Below, one piece after another: positions 13,660-25,190 of a stretch of DNA of 64,000 nt. The stretch's first letter is position 1, and each line of letters opens with the position of its first letter. The position numbers and the translations under genes were made by a program. Source of the stretch: Camelus ferus. Lineage: Eukaryota. The notes below the pieces were generated by a model that saw only the letters and a program-made list of their open reading frames with translations, did not search any database and was not told where the DNA came from. The stretch lies in contig NC_045696.1 in assembly GCF_009834535.1 (NCBI RefSeq), forward strand, positions 20,338,001-20,402,000, read 5' to 3'.

Positions 13660-13790
13660 TCTTCCACTCATTTATTTAATACTTTTTACATTAAATCACT
13701 CTACTTCACTTACCATTCTTCGAGGTGCAGAGGATATAGCAGTAAAAAGCCAGAAAATCCTTTCCCTCTGGGAGCTTAAATTCTAGTGGT
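13660..13790 (-). mobile_element. L2 3' end
   Basis: 'cattcttcgaggtgcagaggatatagcagtaaa...ccctctgggagcttaaattctagtgg'. Confidence 0.7.
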
Positions 13791-14849
13791 CATTTCTACC
13801 TTTTAGGTTAGTCTGACACATACACTATCAGAACTACAAGCACAAAGCCCATTAATAACAACTTAGACACTTTTTTTTTCTAAATACAACAAACACCTTT
13901 ATTTTTCATAAGCAAAATTTTTAGGGTTTTTTTTTTTTTTTTTTTTTTTAAGCTGGAAGGAAATTTTGATGCCACCAATCTTAGGAATGATATGGTTTGG
14001 GGATAAAACACTCTCTTAAAATCAAATTCTCCTTAAATGTGAAATCCATTCATTTATTTATTTTATAATATTTGTTGTATGGCTTTCAGAATCCCCAAAA
14101 GGGTACTAACTGTCAACTAAAATTACAGCCAAAAACAAACCTGTTAGGGAATATAGCTATGACTGAATTATATTATCAGCTGAGTTGCCCTGTCTCTTGA
14201 GATTTAATCAAATTATTTTGAGCTTCCTAAGATATGTCTTATAGAATATTCCATACTTTTTCCTAAGTACTGTATGAGTTGCTTCTTCCTTAAATTCTTG
14301 TTCCCACTTTTGTTTCCAAGTTGCTGAGATACACATCTCACTTTTATAACTGTTTCCTCTTAGTTTGCCAATCCAGTTGTAAAATACAGTTCTCATCAGT
14401 GGACAGAGCATGTATTAGAAGTTTGAAAAGGACAGAAGTCTTTTGCACCACATAACTTACAAGTGAATACTTTAATTTTTTTTATTATTATTACTTAGCA
14501 AGAACTTTGGTTCTTTCTTAAGAACTGTCCTTTATCAATTATTTGGATCACCCTGAAAATCAAATCTTTTTCTAAATCAAATTTCCACATGAAGTCTAGC
14601 TCCAGACGATTCTTAGGCTATTTTCACTTTTATATTTTCCCCTTTTTTGGTGTTTAATCAAGCCTCCAAATTCCTATTCTTTTATTATCAGTGTAGTTTA
14701 GCTGATTTTTATTTTTTATGTTATAATCACATATATCAAAATATTTTTTGCAAAAAAAAAAAGCCAGTTGTATTTCTTAGAGGTAATTTGCTGTAAGAAG
14801 TTTAAAATGACACTTTAAAAACCGCTATAAGTAATTGAATGATTTACTA

Positions 14850-15660
14850 TAATATAACACTGCAAAGGTAGAGAAGTACAGGGCGCTATGGGAATCCATA
14901 GGAGAGATATTTTGGGGAGATTAAGATGGGCTGGCTTCCCAGTTGAAGTGGCACTTAGAATGAGAAGAAAAGAAACTATGTGTCACAGATTAAGGAAAGG
15001 AAAGGAAAGTGTTAAACACCCAAAACCAAAAGCTGAGGAGACATTTGTAGAAGTGATAGGAATTCAATACACCTTGAGTGTGGTGTGTGGAGTACAAGGA
15101 GGTGGATGCAGAAAGGAGGCAAAAGTTGAACAAGGATATGATCACTAGGGATACTCACTGCAGGCTGTTAAAAAGTTGGAACTTTTTCCTAAAAATAAAA
15201 ACACTGGAAAGGGTTTAAGCAAAGGGCTAACAATCTGTTCGCTACTTCAGACATGTTACCATGGCTACAACATAGACAATGGATCTAAGGGAACAAATGT
15301 GAAAATTCAGAAACTAGCTGGGAAATATTGTGGAAATACAGATGATAAATGATTATGGTTTCAGGCAGGATAATAGCATTAGGAATGGAGAAACAAAAAG
15401 AGGCATGAGAGTGTTTGCTGTGAGCCAATGTTGAGAAAAATTCATTGGATTTTGAAATTCCTTTGCATGTTAGAGAAATGGGTTGATTTATATTTTTGAT
15501 ATTAAAGACAAAGTGTATCTGGCTACATTGATTGTCTGTTATTTCAATTTTTTTGTTGCCTGGCCCCAAGATTTGATCTATACTTTGGAAATGACAGAAA
15601 ATGAAAAATTCCTTTTATACTTCTTAATGTGAGTTTCTTAGACAACATACCAATAAAAAA
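14850..15660 (-). mobile_element. L2 fragment
   Basis: 'ggcttcccagttgaagtggcactta...cactggaaagggtttaagcaaagg' purine-rich L2-like sequence. Confidence 0.6.
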
Positions 15661-15844
15661 AAGTGAGTTGAACAATTTTTTCCGTAAAATAAGACAGGTT
15701 GAATGCTAAGCTTTGTTTCTTTCATCTTCTCAGAGAATCTTGTTGACTCTCAGGATTGAGAAAGGCTTTCAAGAGCATCCTTTTCAATTATCTAGTTGAT
15801 AAGAGGATTTCTCTTAAAGCATCCCTCATGAGGGTCACATAACC

Positions 15845-16016
15845 TGGTGCTTCTCAAACTTCGATGTGTATACAAATGACATGGAGATTTTCTTAAAATG
15901 GGGATTTTAATTCTGTCACTTCAGGGAGGAGCTGTTTAATAGGAAATCTTGAATGTTTAATAATGTTCCAGTTGTTGCTAACATTCTTGTTGGTGGACTA
16001 TTTTTGAGTACCAAGA
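15845..16016. mobile_element. MER5-like hAT-Charlie element
   Basis: 'gtgcttctcaaacttcgatgtgtatacaaat...ggactatttttgagtaccaag'. Confidence 0.7.
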
Positions 16017-16698
16017 ATCTAACTTATACTTGAAAAAATTTCTAGTTAAGCCAAGTTCACTGCTAATCCTGACAGTATGGCAATATGAGAGAGTACTGTT
16101 GAGTCTTAGGTAAAAGGAAAAAGCTTGTTTTCACCTCTTATTATACACTTTTATTGATCTCCTTATCAGAGAGCCAGTTTTCTCTGCAAAGTGAAGGGTA
16201 GGTAGTACCTCTTCCTTCTGTAAGATTCCTTGAAGTAACTGGGGATAACTGATTGATCTACATAACTCTCAGCAAATTAACTGAACAAAATAAGCACCAT
16301 TAAGTTTAGTTTAAAAGTGACAGTGTAAAATGCCTACATCTACAAGCCAATTCCTTCACTTTTCATTACATATATTTTTTCAAGTTTTGAAGATTTTATG
16401 TAAATACTACTTCAGACTAAGTTTTAGAGACAGACCACCAAATCTGAAAACATTTAGTTATTTTAGCACATTTTAGTTTCCATTTTCTCTCACATAAATG
16501 TTTTGGAATGATTACTGAAGTCCATATAGCTATAGAATTTGACCCCATCCTTGTTTGTTTGAAAGATTTTGCTTTACCTTTTCCATTACTACTTGACTAT
16601 GTTGTACTTCTTCTCCAAAGAAAATTAAATATGTGAAAACATCAGTTTGAGTCCATTTCTATTCCTCTCATCTATAACACTCAGTATAATGATGATGG

Positions 16699-16736
16699 TA
16701 ATAATAATAATAACAACAACAACAACAATAATAATA
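16699..16736. repeat. (AAT)n(AAC)n compound trinucleotide repeat
   Basis: Direct reading. Confidence 0.85.
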
Positions 16737-17059
16737 TCACCTAATTTTCAGGTTCATTTAGTGGAACTGAATCAACATGAGTATTCATCTGGTATATAGA
16801 AGGTGCTTATAAATTGTATTGGTGGGTGTAATTAATAGAATTATTAACGTCACCTCTTCTGGCTCTTAAGAATAGTCAGTATCTTTCACAGTCAGAGAAT
16901 GTGCAATGATGTTGAAAGACTCCTTGCCTCATTCACCAGGGGTCTCTCTTGGGGTTTTTCAGAGGCATCCAACTTATTTTTTTTCATTTTTAATGATATT
17001 TATTTTTTTCTAACTTTACAAGGAACACATGTTCATCACAACTAGAAATACATAAAAGC

Positions 17060-17140
17060 TTATCAACAGACACTTAGGTTGCTTTCATATCTTGGCTATT
17101 GTAGATAACACTGCAATGATCACAGTAGTGCATATATCCT
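17060..17140 (-). mobile_element. Short L1 ORF2-end/3' UTR fragment
   Basis: 'gacacttaggttgctttcatatcttggctattgtagataacactgcaatga'. Confidence 0.8.
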
Positions 17141-17997
17141 TACATATTTTACAATTTATAGAAATACAGATGGTTTATAATAGCATAATTTCACATTCAG
17201 AAGAGCTGCTCCTATTGTTAAACTAAGTTAGACACTTAGTATGAAGGTCAAACCAAGGTGTATAATTTTTATAAATGATTCACAGACTCACTAACAAATG
17301 TTTGAATAGTTTAACTTCAAATATAACTTTCACTTAAGAAGCTTCAGTGGTTTTTCATATGTCTAGTATTGTTTCAAAAAATTTAAAAAGCAAAAGACAA
17401 ATATTCCTTCAACTTATTTCTTGTAATTTTAAAATATAATAAATATTTGATTTAGCAATAATATGTGAATTATTAGCAGTGGTGAAGTCATGAATGTAAA
17501 TGAGCTGGAAGAGTTCCACATGACATAAAGGCCACTTAGAAAGAGAGAGAAAATTACTGGCATTGTCATATGAGAAATATTTATTCAATTAGGTTGATTT
17601 TTGGTATATTTGTTTTATGCTTGAATTTATTAACTGATAATTTGTAAAGGTTATAAAACTATTTTTTTCTGTTCATTGTTTATGCTTCCTATTTAGTTAT
17701 GCAAGGGAATCAAAGACACATGAATGAATGTTATTTTTAGAATCAATTATTCACTAGCAACGAGGATTCTAGTTTTTCTACTATTATACTTTATTACACA
17801 AACCTTCAGTGGTAAAAATCTCATCTTTTATGAAATAAGTAATGTTTTTTATAATCTAATGGCTACATGAGTATAATGTCTAGAATTATTATTTTTAAGA
17901 GAATCACTGGCCCTCCTTGGTCTACAGGCCTCTCACAAAGCCCTTGAACAATGCAGTATATTGATTCCAGATAGACTCCTATTAAAAAAAAAATTAG

Positions 17998-18106
17998 GTG
18001 CTTGCTTTGGTAGCACATATGGAAAAACTGAATGCAAAGATTAGTGAAGACTAGCATGGCCCCTGAATAAAGATAACAGACCAATTTGTGATACATTCCT
18101 ATTTTT
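17998..18106 (+). pseudogene. RNU6: U6 snRNA pseudogene (full length, diverged)
   Basis: 'gtgcttgctttggtagcacatat...gaagactagcatggcccctg...aatttgtga...ttcctattttt' is collinear with U6 (GTGCTCGCTTCGGCAGCACATAT...GAAGATTAGCATGGCCCCTG...ATTTTT). CpGs are decayed, the ACAGAGA box is altered, and the flanks are A-rich. Confidence 0.9.
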
Positions 18107-18527
18107 ATTCTCTAATAAAAATTAAAGTAGCTGAGTTTTGTTTTGTTTTTTAAAGATTGAGTTTTATGATGTCTGGTTAGATTTAAACAAATGAGATGTA
18201 AATGAAATAAAGATAATGTACTTCTACTTAAGTGAGAACTCACAAAAATGAAGTAACTAAATTTTAAGAAAATTTTCTTTGGCATGCAACCAAATGTTAA
18301 CTTTAAAATGATGTATTCTTACCTTTCTTTCACTTTGGAACTCAGTTTATGAAAAGCAACCTTAAAATAAAAGCAGTTTTATAAATTCATAAAATCATTC
18401 AGATTGCCTATTTTTTTACTGTCCAGGTATATGATAGAACTACTTAATTGTTCTATTTATTTTGTGTGTGTAGACTTGATGCTGATCATAACATCTGATG
18501 TAACTGTAGCATTTATTAATACTTCGC

Positions 18528-19050
18528 TTCAAATAAAAATAAATCCATGCTTAGACAAGGAGAGACTTTCTTCCAAAAGACTAATATAATAGGGAGAAAT
18601 CTTGGAGCTCAGAAATCTGCAAGTATCTCAAAATCAAACAGAAAAAGGCTTTTCTTTTATAGAGAGGTAAGTATAGCTTAGCAGAAACTTTTAAAGAGAA
18701 GTTGGACAAAAAAGGAGGAGTGTCCAAAAAGCATAATAGGTGCAATCTGACAGGAAATGTGTCTGCTGGGCCTGCTGATTTTGGGAGGTAAGCTGTTGAG
18801 GAGGAGGGCATATACTGCATCTTAGTTTTTGCCCCAGGGATGGGGACAAGTCAAAGTTCAGGGGACTCTGGGGAAAAGAGAAGCCTGAATAAAGTCTGAT
18901 CAAGACAAAGCAGAGGGGAAGAAGTAAGAAATTGTGCATACATGGTCAGGAGCTGTAACAGTACACTTTGTGCATGTGTGTTCATGTGTGTGTATATATG
19001 TGGAGGGCAAGCACACTCATTGGCTTTGTGATAGGCTAATTTGATGGGTC
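18528..19050 (-). mobile_element. ERV1 LTR (MER90/MER110-like), incomplete
   Basis: Collinear with the LTR at 36617-37312, e.g. 'ggggact..ggggaaaagagaagcctgaataaagtctgatcaag' vs 'ggggactggggaaagagagatgcctgactaaagtctgttcaag'. Confidence 0.65.
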
Positions 19051-19054
19051 GGTA

Positions 19055-19822
19055 TGCAGTTGTCTCATCATAGAAAGATATTTGGTCTTTGTATTCTTTC
19101 TTATTTCCAAAAACAAAGCTCCTAAAAACCTTGGAATTTCCTGCATCATAAGGAAGATAGAAGCCTTTTATTCTAATGAGCCAACTCTTGGTGAGTAGGC
19201 CTCCCTCAATGATAGCTTCAGGATGGGGCTGATTGCCAGTAAGACAATGCCTTGATTGGGAGCTTGGAATGTTCAACCCCATACTCAATTTTTGGGGAGG
19301 GAGGAGAAGCTAGAGTTTGAGTTAATCACTAATAGCCAATGAAATTCCATAAAAATACCTAAATGATGGGGTTTGAAAGCTTTCAGGTTCATGAATACAG
19401 GGAGGGACTGAGAGGATGGTACACCTGGAGAGGGCATGGAAGCTCTATGATCCATCCCTCTGCCCCATACTTTGCCTTCTGCATAGCTTTCTCTGGTGAT
19501 TTCTGAGTTGTATCCTTAATAACGAACTGAAAAACATAAGCAAAGTGTGTTTCTGAGTTCTGTGAACCCAAGGAGGTTGAATCTGATTTATAGTTGGTGG
19601 GTCAGAAGTACGGATGTCCGGGACTTGTGACCTGTACCTAGAACTGGAGTAGTCTTGTGGGACTGAGCTCCTTAACTTGTGAGATCTGATGCTAACTCCA
19701 GATAGACAGTGCCAGAATTGACTTGAATTGTTGGACACATAGTCCATGTCCGGAAAATTAAAGAGGTGATGCTGGGAAAGATACCATGCATTTGTTGTCA
19801 GGAAGAAAAAGAAAAACTCTCA
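19055..19822 (+). mobile_element. 5' LTR (MER21-like)
   Basis: 'gatatttggtc...gctcctaaaaaccttggaatttcctg' and 'gatagacagtgccagaattg'; ends in CA just before the PBS. Confidence 0.85.
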
Positions 19823-19824
19823 TT

Positions 19825-19845
19825 TGGTATTAGAAAAAATGGAAT
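19825..19845 (+). other. Primer-binding site, tRNA-Leu-like (degenerate)
   Basis: 'tggtattagaaaaaatggaat' follows the LTR and resembles the ERV-L PBS TGGTGTCAGAAGTGGGATT. Confidence 0.55.
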
Positions 19846-19899
19846 TTGCTAAAACAGCTCTGGCTCACAGAAACATATGGTTTGTGAAGAGAAAGGATG

Positions 19900-21300
19900 A
19901 CAGGGTAGGAGATTAGGGATCGTTTATCCCTGGATGGCTACTGAGTCACCCATGGCATGAAACTTTTGCTGCACTGAGATCATTTACTAAAGGCAAAAGT
20001 TGTCAATGGTATTTAGAATGGTGGCAGACACTACTTCTGAGGAATTCACTCACTGGATACCTAAGAAAATGCAAAATAGTAAGAAGCATGCCAGACTTAC
20101 AATCCATTGCTATTACTATCTATAACAGATAAAATGAAAGAAAATATTGAGTTGGACTTTGATGCTGGACCAAGCTCAGATTTCACTTGGCCTAAGTTTC
20201 AGCCACTTGTTTCAAAGGCAGCCACAAAGGGAAACATTATGTCAGGAGAACAGAAAGGAACTCAGGACCTCTGCTCACTAAGTAGGTAGTCAATACTGGG
20301 GAAAGGTAAAAACCAAGAAACAAGTGAAACCAGGGGATATGGTGTAAAAGATATGTCATTTTGTGGAACAGTATCATCAACTTCCTATAGAACAGTCAAT
20401 AAAAACAGACTATAAGAGTGACTAATTTAGAGCAGTATCTTTGTTGTTAAATGCTGCAGAGTGGAAGTATATGTTTGGGTTGATACAGGACCCACAGCTC
20501 CCTATGGAATGATCACAGATGACTATACCTAATCCTGACACACAGCAGGCTATTTCCAAAGAAAGAACTAGCCTAGATGACTAGATGTAAACCACTGTAA
20601 GGATGTTCAGAAGGGGGCTATCAAACTTTCCCTACAAATGCCAGTGTAACAGTCCAGATACAGCAGCTGATATGCCTCATATGCAAGCCATGTTGGACTA
20701 GCTCTATGATAATCAGGATATTCACTCACTGAATATCTTGTTACCAAGTCATGGTAAATTCTATGATTAATGTGACCCTTTTTGCATGGGCATTCTATGT
20801 AACCTCACTGCTATAAAATCTAGCAACAGCAGGAGCCTTATCTAATCTGCTATCTCAGCTTCCCCTCAAGAGCCTTAGGAATCTAAAACAAGACTAGATT
20901 AATAAACAAGAGAACAGAGAGAAGCAAAGGGGAGAGTCAAGGGACTTTTCCTAGCAGGGTAGAAATTTTTAAATGGTTATTAAGAAATGAGGTGAATAAA
21001 GGAAATATTGATAGGGGTGAAACAAAGAGGAAAGAGAAAGGGGAGAGTCAAGAAACCTATTCCAGAAAGGTGGAAATCTTTAGATGATTATTTAAAAGTG
21101 GGATAAATAAATAGTCATTGGTGGTGTTGAAACAAAGGTCAACATAGCACTATTGAAGGCTGAGTGAACCAAATCAAAACACTGCTGGTCTCCCAACATT
21201 AAAGGGCCCCAAGCAAGTCCACTGTATTTGCTTCCATTCAGAAGTATTTTACAAATGAGAAGGCAAACATTTCAATAAGAAATTGGACGTGGAAATGCTT
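19900..21300 (+). pseudogene. ERV-L gag remnant
   Basis: Lies between the PBS and the protease; peptide VEIFKWLLRNEVNKGNIDRGETK resembles the ERV-L Gag C-terminal WL..GV...IDG motif; many stops. Boundaries approximate. Confidence 0.6.
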
Positions 21301-21379
21301 GGTATCAAAATTGGGCAGATTAATTGAGATAAAGACTGTCAAAATGACGATGGACCCAGAGTTAGAAACCCTGCTGGAG

Positions 21380-21960
21380 ATCCAAAGCCTTTTGTCTTTG
21401 AGTGGATATAAGGGTCAAGGGGTGAGAGAAAATTTTCTGGGATTTCTTAACATGGGAGTCACTTGTACTGTGGTACCAAAACCCATTGATGAAGCCCTAA
21501 TATGGGCTTCAATTAAATATAGCAGGTATAGAAATACAAGGGGTGATAGGATTAAGGTGGAAGTTTGGATGGAAATTAGAATATTTAAACAGTCTCTGTG
21601 TGAAGAGGCTGTATCTCCTTTATGTAAATATTTTATGAGAAGAGATATTATGTCTGACTGGGGAGTGTCTGCTCTATCTAGCATTATAAAATGAAAACCT
21701 GTTGATGAAGGCCCAATGAAGGCTACAAGTAATGGTTGTAATGTAAGGGATGACTGTATTAAGGTGAAAATTGGGGGAAGAACTGGTGAGTTAGAACAGG
21801 CTTTATCTGAAATAGTTGCAGCTCTTTTGTATCAATGTACTATTAGGACAGACACTGTGTCTGACCTGAGACACGTCCCCTACCTAGTATTGTGAAACAC
21901 AAGGCATGTAAATCTGCCCTTCAAGCAATATTAATTGGACATGCTAAATGGGAACCAAAA
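21380..21960 (+). pseudogene. ERV-L aspartic protease remnant
   Basis: ORF 21299-21694 has FLGFLNMGVTCTVVPKP (a decayed L-D-T-G; AAC ATG GGA from GAC ACG GGA) and VSPL..YFMRRDIMSDWG; followed by AILIGHAKWEP. Confidence 0.75.
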
Positions 21961-22284
21961 AAGACTGGCTGAGCCCACACACTATAGAATAGAAACTGGA
22001 GTGCTGGTAATGATAAATTCTGAGACAGTCTTATGTTGAGTGTATACTAGGGTTTATGGCAAAACCTGTGAGTGCCTCCCTGCAGTGACTACTGGGGCTT
22101 TGGGAATGTTCATTTCAGGGGCAAATTACTAGTTGGTATCAGACACTAGTTACAACTGCCCCTAAGACTGAAGGGCATTAAAATAATTTTGAAATACCCA
22201 TAATGACTTGAGTAATGTTGGATAAATGCTTTAATGAAGAGGATATTGCCCAGAAGAATTCCATAATAAACCAGAAATGGTTTA

Positions 22285-22623
22285 CATTTGGCCCTCTATA
22301 TCTGTGGGTTCCACTTATGCAGATTCAACCAACTGTGGATCGAAAATATTTTTAAAAATTCCAGAAAGTTCCAAAAAGCAAAACTTGAATTTGCCAAAGG
22401 CAACTATTTACATAATATTTACATTGCATTTACAACTACCTACATACCATTTACATTGAATTAGATATTATAAGTAATCTAGAGATGATTTAAAGAATAC
22501 AGAAGGCTATGTAAAAGTTATAGGCAAATACTATGACATTTTATATGAGATTTAAGCATCCTCAGATTTTGATATCTGTGGGGATCTGAGAACCAATCCT
22601 CCATGGATACTGAGGAATCACTA
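22285..22623 (-). mobile_element. MER2/Tigger3-like TcMar DNA transposon nested in ERV pol
   Basis: Terminal inverted repeats 'catttggccctctatatc' / 'ggatactgaggaatcacta', TA on both sides, and internal 'gattcaaccaactgtggatcgaaaatatt'. Confidence 0.9.
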
Positions 22624-22777
22624 TATAAGACTTCTGCACTACAGGAATCTAAGAAGACACCCATGAGTAGGGAGCTCCTTCCCAAGGAGTGAACTTGTAA
22701 CTGTGTGAAGAGCTGCTGGACTTCACTATCACTTGGACACTGTCCTATAAAAAGCAATTAACTAACCAACAAACAGG

Positions 22778-23120
22778 TGCCTGGCTTATGGATGATAGTT
22801 CAAAGGTGAACAGAAAGCATACTGTTTGGAAGACCACTACTTTAAATGGAAAAAGGTAAAAACAAATCAGTTCTGTGGGCTGAATTGCTTGCTGCTTGCC
22901 AGAATGTTTTAGTTTTTACTAACTCATTGGTGTTGGCCAATAGCTTGGCCAAACGGTCAGACAGAAGGGCAATGGAAAGCTGATCTATTAAAGGGATTCC
23001 CATATGGGACACAGCCCTGTGGAAATCATATGGGAATCTGAAGTGTACATTAAAACAAAACGTGTTGATGCCTATCACAAGAACCCCTTTCCAGATATGG
23101 AAGGTGACTGAAATTGTGAA
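22778..23120 (+). pseudogene. ERV-L RNase H remnant
   Basis: Translates to AWLMDDSSK...GKNKSVLWAEL...FTNSLVLANSLA...PIWDTALWK (cf. AWFTDGS / SSQWAEL / TDSWAVANGLA). Confidence 0.75.
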
Positions 23121-23212
23121 GTAGATATCCTGATGTACTCAACTGTGTAACCACCTGGGTCCGTGAAATAAGTGGATATTGCAGCAGGGAGGCTATAGCA
23201 ACGGGCTGAAAC

Positions 23213-23784
23213 CATTAGAAAGTTAGATAGAAACAAGCACCAGGCAAGGGGAGAGGAATGGGGGAGGGAGCAACTCAGAAGATAACAGTACACCTGCACT
23301 CAGGATAAGGGGCTTCAGAGAATTTTACTTTTTCTAAATGAGTGCTGACAAAGAAGTCGGTTAGAATCAAACGCTGTGGCTGTGCAGTAGAGAGAAAGAC
23401 CCAGCTTAACATGATCCAATGCTCATTATAATATAATTAACATTGTGGTTTGGGCCCCCTCCCACAGGTTTTTCTGTGTGCATCATGGGTAAGAGCATGC
23501 ACTATAAGAGATGGGCGTGCCTGAACACTCAAGGGCCATGAGCCATCAATCAATCACGAGAACGCCCCTAAGCCAGGATATAAGGCAAGAGAAACAAAGG
23601 AGAGCTGCCATCTTCCTCTCTTGGGCTGACCCACCTTCAATTTTTGAAGGTGTACTCTTACTTTACTAACTTTTGCTCTATTAATAAGATTTTCTGTTTA
23701 TATCACACTTTCAGTCTCCTGTTTAAATTCTTTTTCTCCAGTAAGACAAAGAACCAAGGTCTTTTTATCATCCTCACAGTAACA
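23213..23784 (+). mobile_element. ERV1-type solo LTR nested in ERV-L pol
   Basis: Ends 'cagtaaca'; TATA-like 'gatataag' ~23577; 'aataag' ~23683; TSD aaac/caac; pol sequence resumes afterwards. Confidence 0.75.
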
Positions 23785-23889
23785 CAACTAGACATACTCC
23801 TCTTGTAGCCTCTGAGGATCTAAACATATTCCCCTTGCACCCTCTGAGGCACAAAATGACAATAAGAACTATTCTGTCTGCTAGTAAAA

Positions 23890-24330
23890 GAGACAGAGAC
23901 TGCAGACGGTTGAGTGACACATTCCCTGGGGGAAGGCTCTGAACACAGCTGGCAAGTCAGATCAGACTGACGCCAGTAACCCCAGTGGACTACAAATAGG
24001 CCCTCGTAGAAAGTGACGCTGACTTTGTACTGGGCTCTGCTGACCTGGTGTTGGATGCAAATGCCCAGAGTACTATAAAAGAACTGGAAAGAACTCTACC
24101 ACACTGAATGGCTGAGTCACATTTCTTCAGACCAAAAAACAAACTTTATAGCCCATAGTGTCAGCAACAGGCAGAGAGTTTTCTTCCTCAGAGTAACAGT
24201 GTGATAAAGAATTGGAAAAGGCAACTGACACACTACCTAAAACAACACTAGACATAGGCATGAAGGGCTTGCTCACATGCCTTCCTGAGTATGGGCTCAC
24301 ACAAAGCATGAGGGAGCTTAAAGAAGTGTC
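23890..24330 (+). pseudogene. ERV-L integrase remnant
   Basis: Frameshifted IPWG-EGSEHSWQV... and downstream IDT.SG.GFA-like residues. Confidence 0.65.
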
Positions 24331-24479
24331 CCCACTAGAGAGATCACGGTTTCTGCTGGACTCAGGAAAGAGGGGATGGCAGAGGATGCTGGCATGACCA
24401 TGTAATTCTTCCCAAGCAAGGAGGCTGCTGGTGTGATGATTATAATCTTTTTCTTCCCCATATCAACTCAACTTTCTTT

Positions 24480-24790
24480 TTCCTAGCAGATACAGTGGTG
24501 TCAGGACGAGGGCTAAAAATACAAGTGTTAGAAGCAGGGATAATTCCTAAGAAAGAAAATGTAACTATGTTTTTATACATTTATATTAGAATTTTAAGGA
24601 CCTGACAGAACAGGTTATGCGCTCAGCCTATATGGCAAAATTGGGGTTAACAACAAATGCAATTACATTGCCTAGTGGTAACAACAGCCCACCCGTTCTC
24701 TACCTCTGTAACCTTACCCTGTGTGAGTAGGGGTTAGACTAATATTGCTGCCTACAATCTAGACCATCACAGTGGCCAACCCCAAAGTCC
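24480..24790 (+). pseudogene. Possible dUTPase-like remnant of ERV-L
   Basis: Located after IN, where ERV-L encodes dUTPase; EAGIIP..E.VT and KLGLT.NA resemble it weakly. Confidence 0.35.
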
Positions 24791-25190
24791 TTCCAAAGAT
24801 GGAAACACTTGGGCATAAATGAGAAAAGAAGGAATAGTAGCCAAGGATAAAGAAATGAGTAAATGGGCTATGAAATAAGAGAAATCCAGTATTACATTAA
24901 CACTTGGAAAGAGGCTCAAAGCAAGAGATGACACTCTTAGCTCAATTAGATCAGAAGCCTGAAAGGGTGAAGCCATATACTGCTGCGACTACTCCTGTTT
25001 TTGAAACCTAAGGTCAAATGAAAACCCATAAACTTGAATGCCTCACCCTGGGAGACATTTTCATGTGACAGGATGGTGGAATGGACTAATTGTGAATGAC
25101 TGAATGGGACTCTAGTTAAGTACCAGCATCTTTTAACTGTTAGGATCTTTTCTGCTATAAGGGATCCAAAGTCAAAGACAGGGAGTGGCC

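Noticed and set aside
18851..19288. Longest ORF (145 aa, minus strand) as a gene
   Set aside because: Runs antisense across two LTRs and a TG-rich tract; no recognisable domain.
21299..21694. 131-aa ORF as a domesticated retroviral protease
   Set aside because: The catalytic Asp is lost (N-M-G), the start is non-ATG, and the surrounding gag/pol is full of stops.
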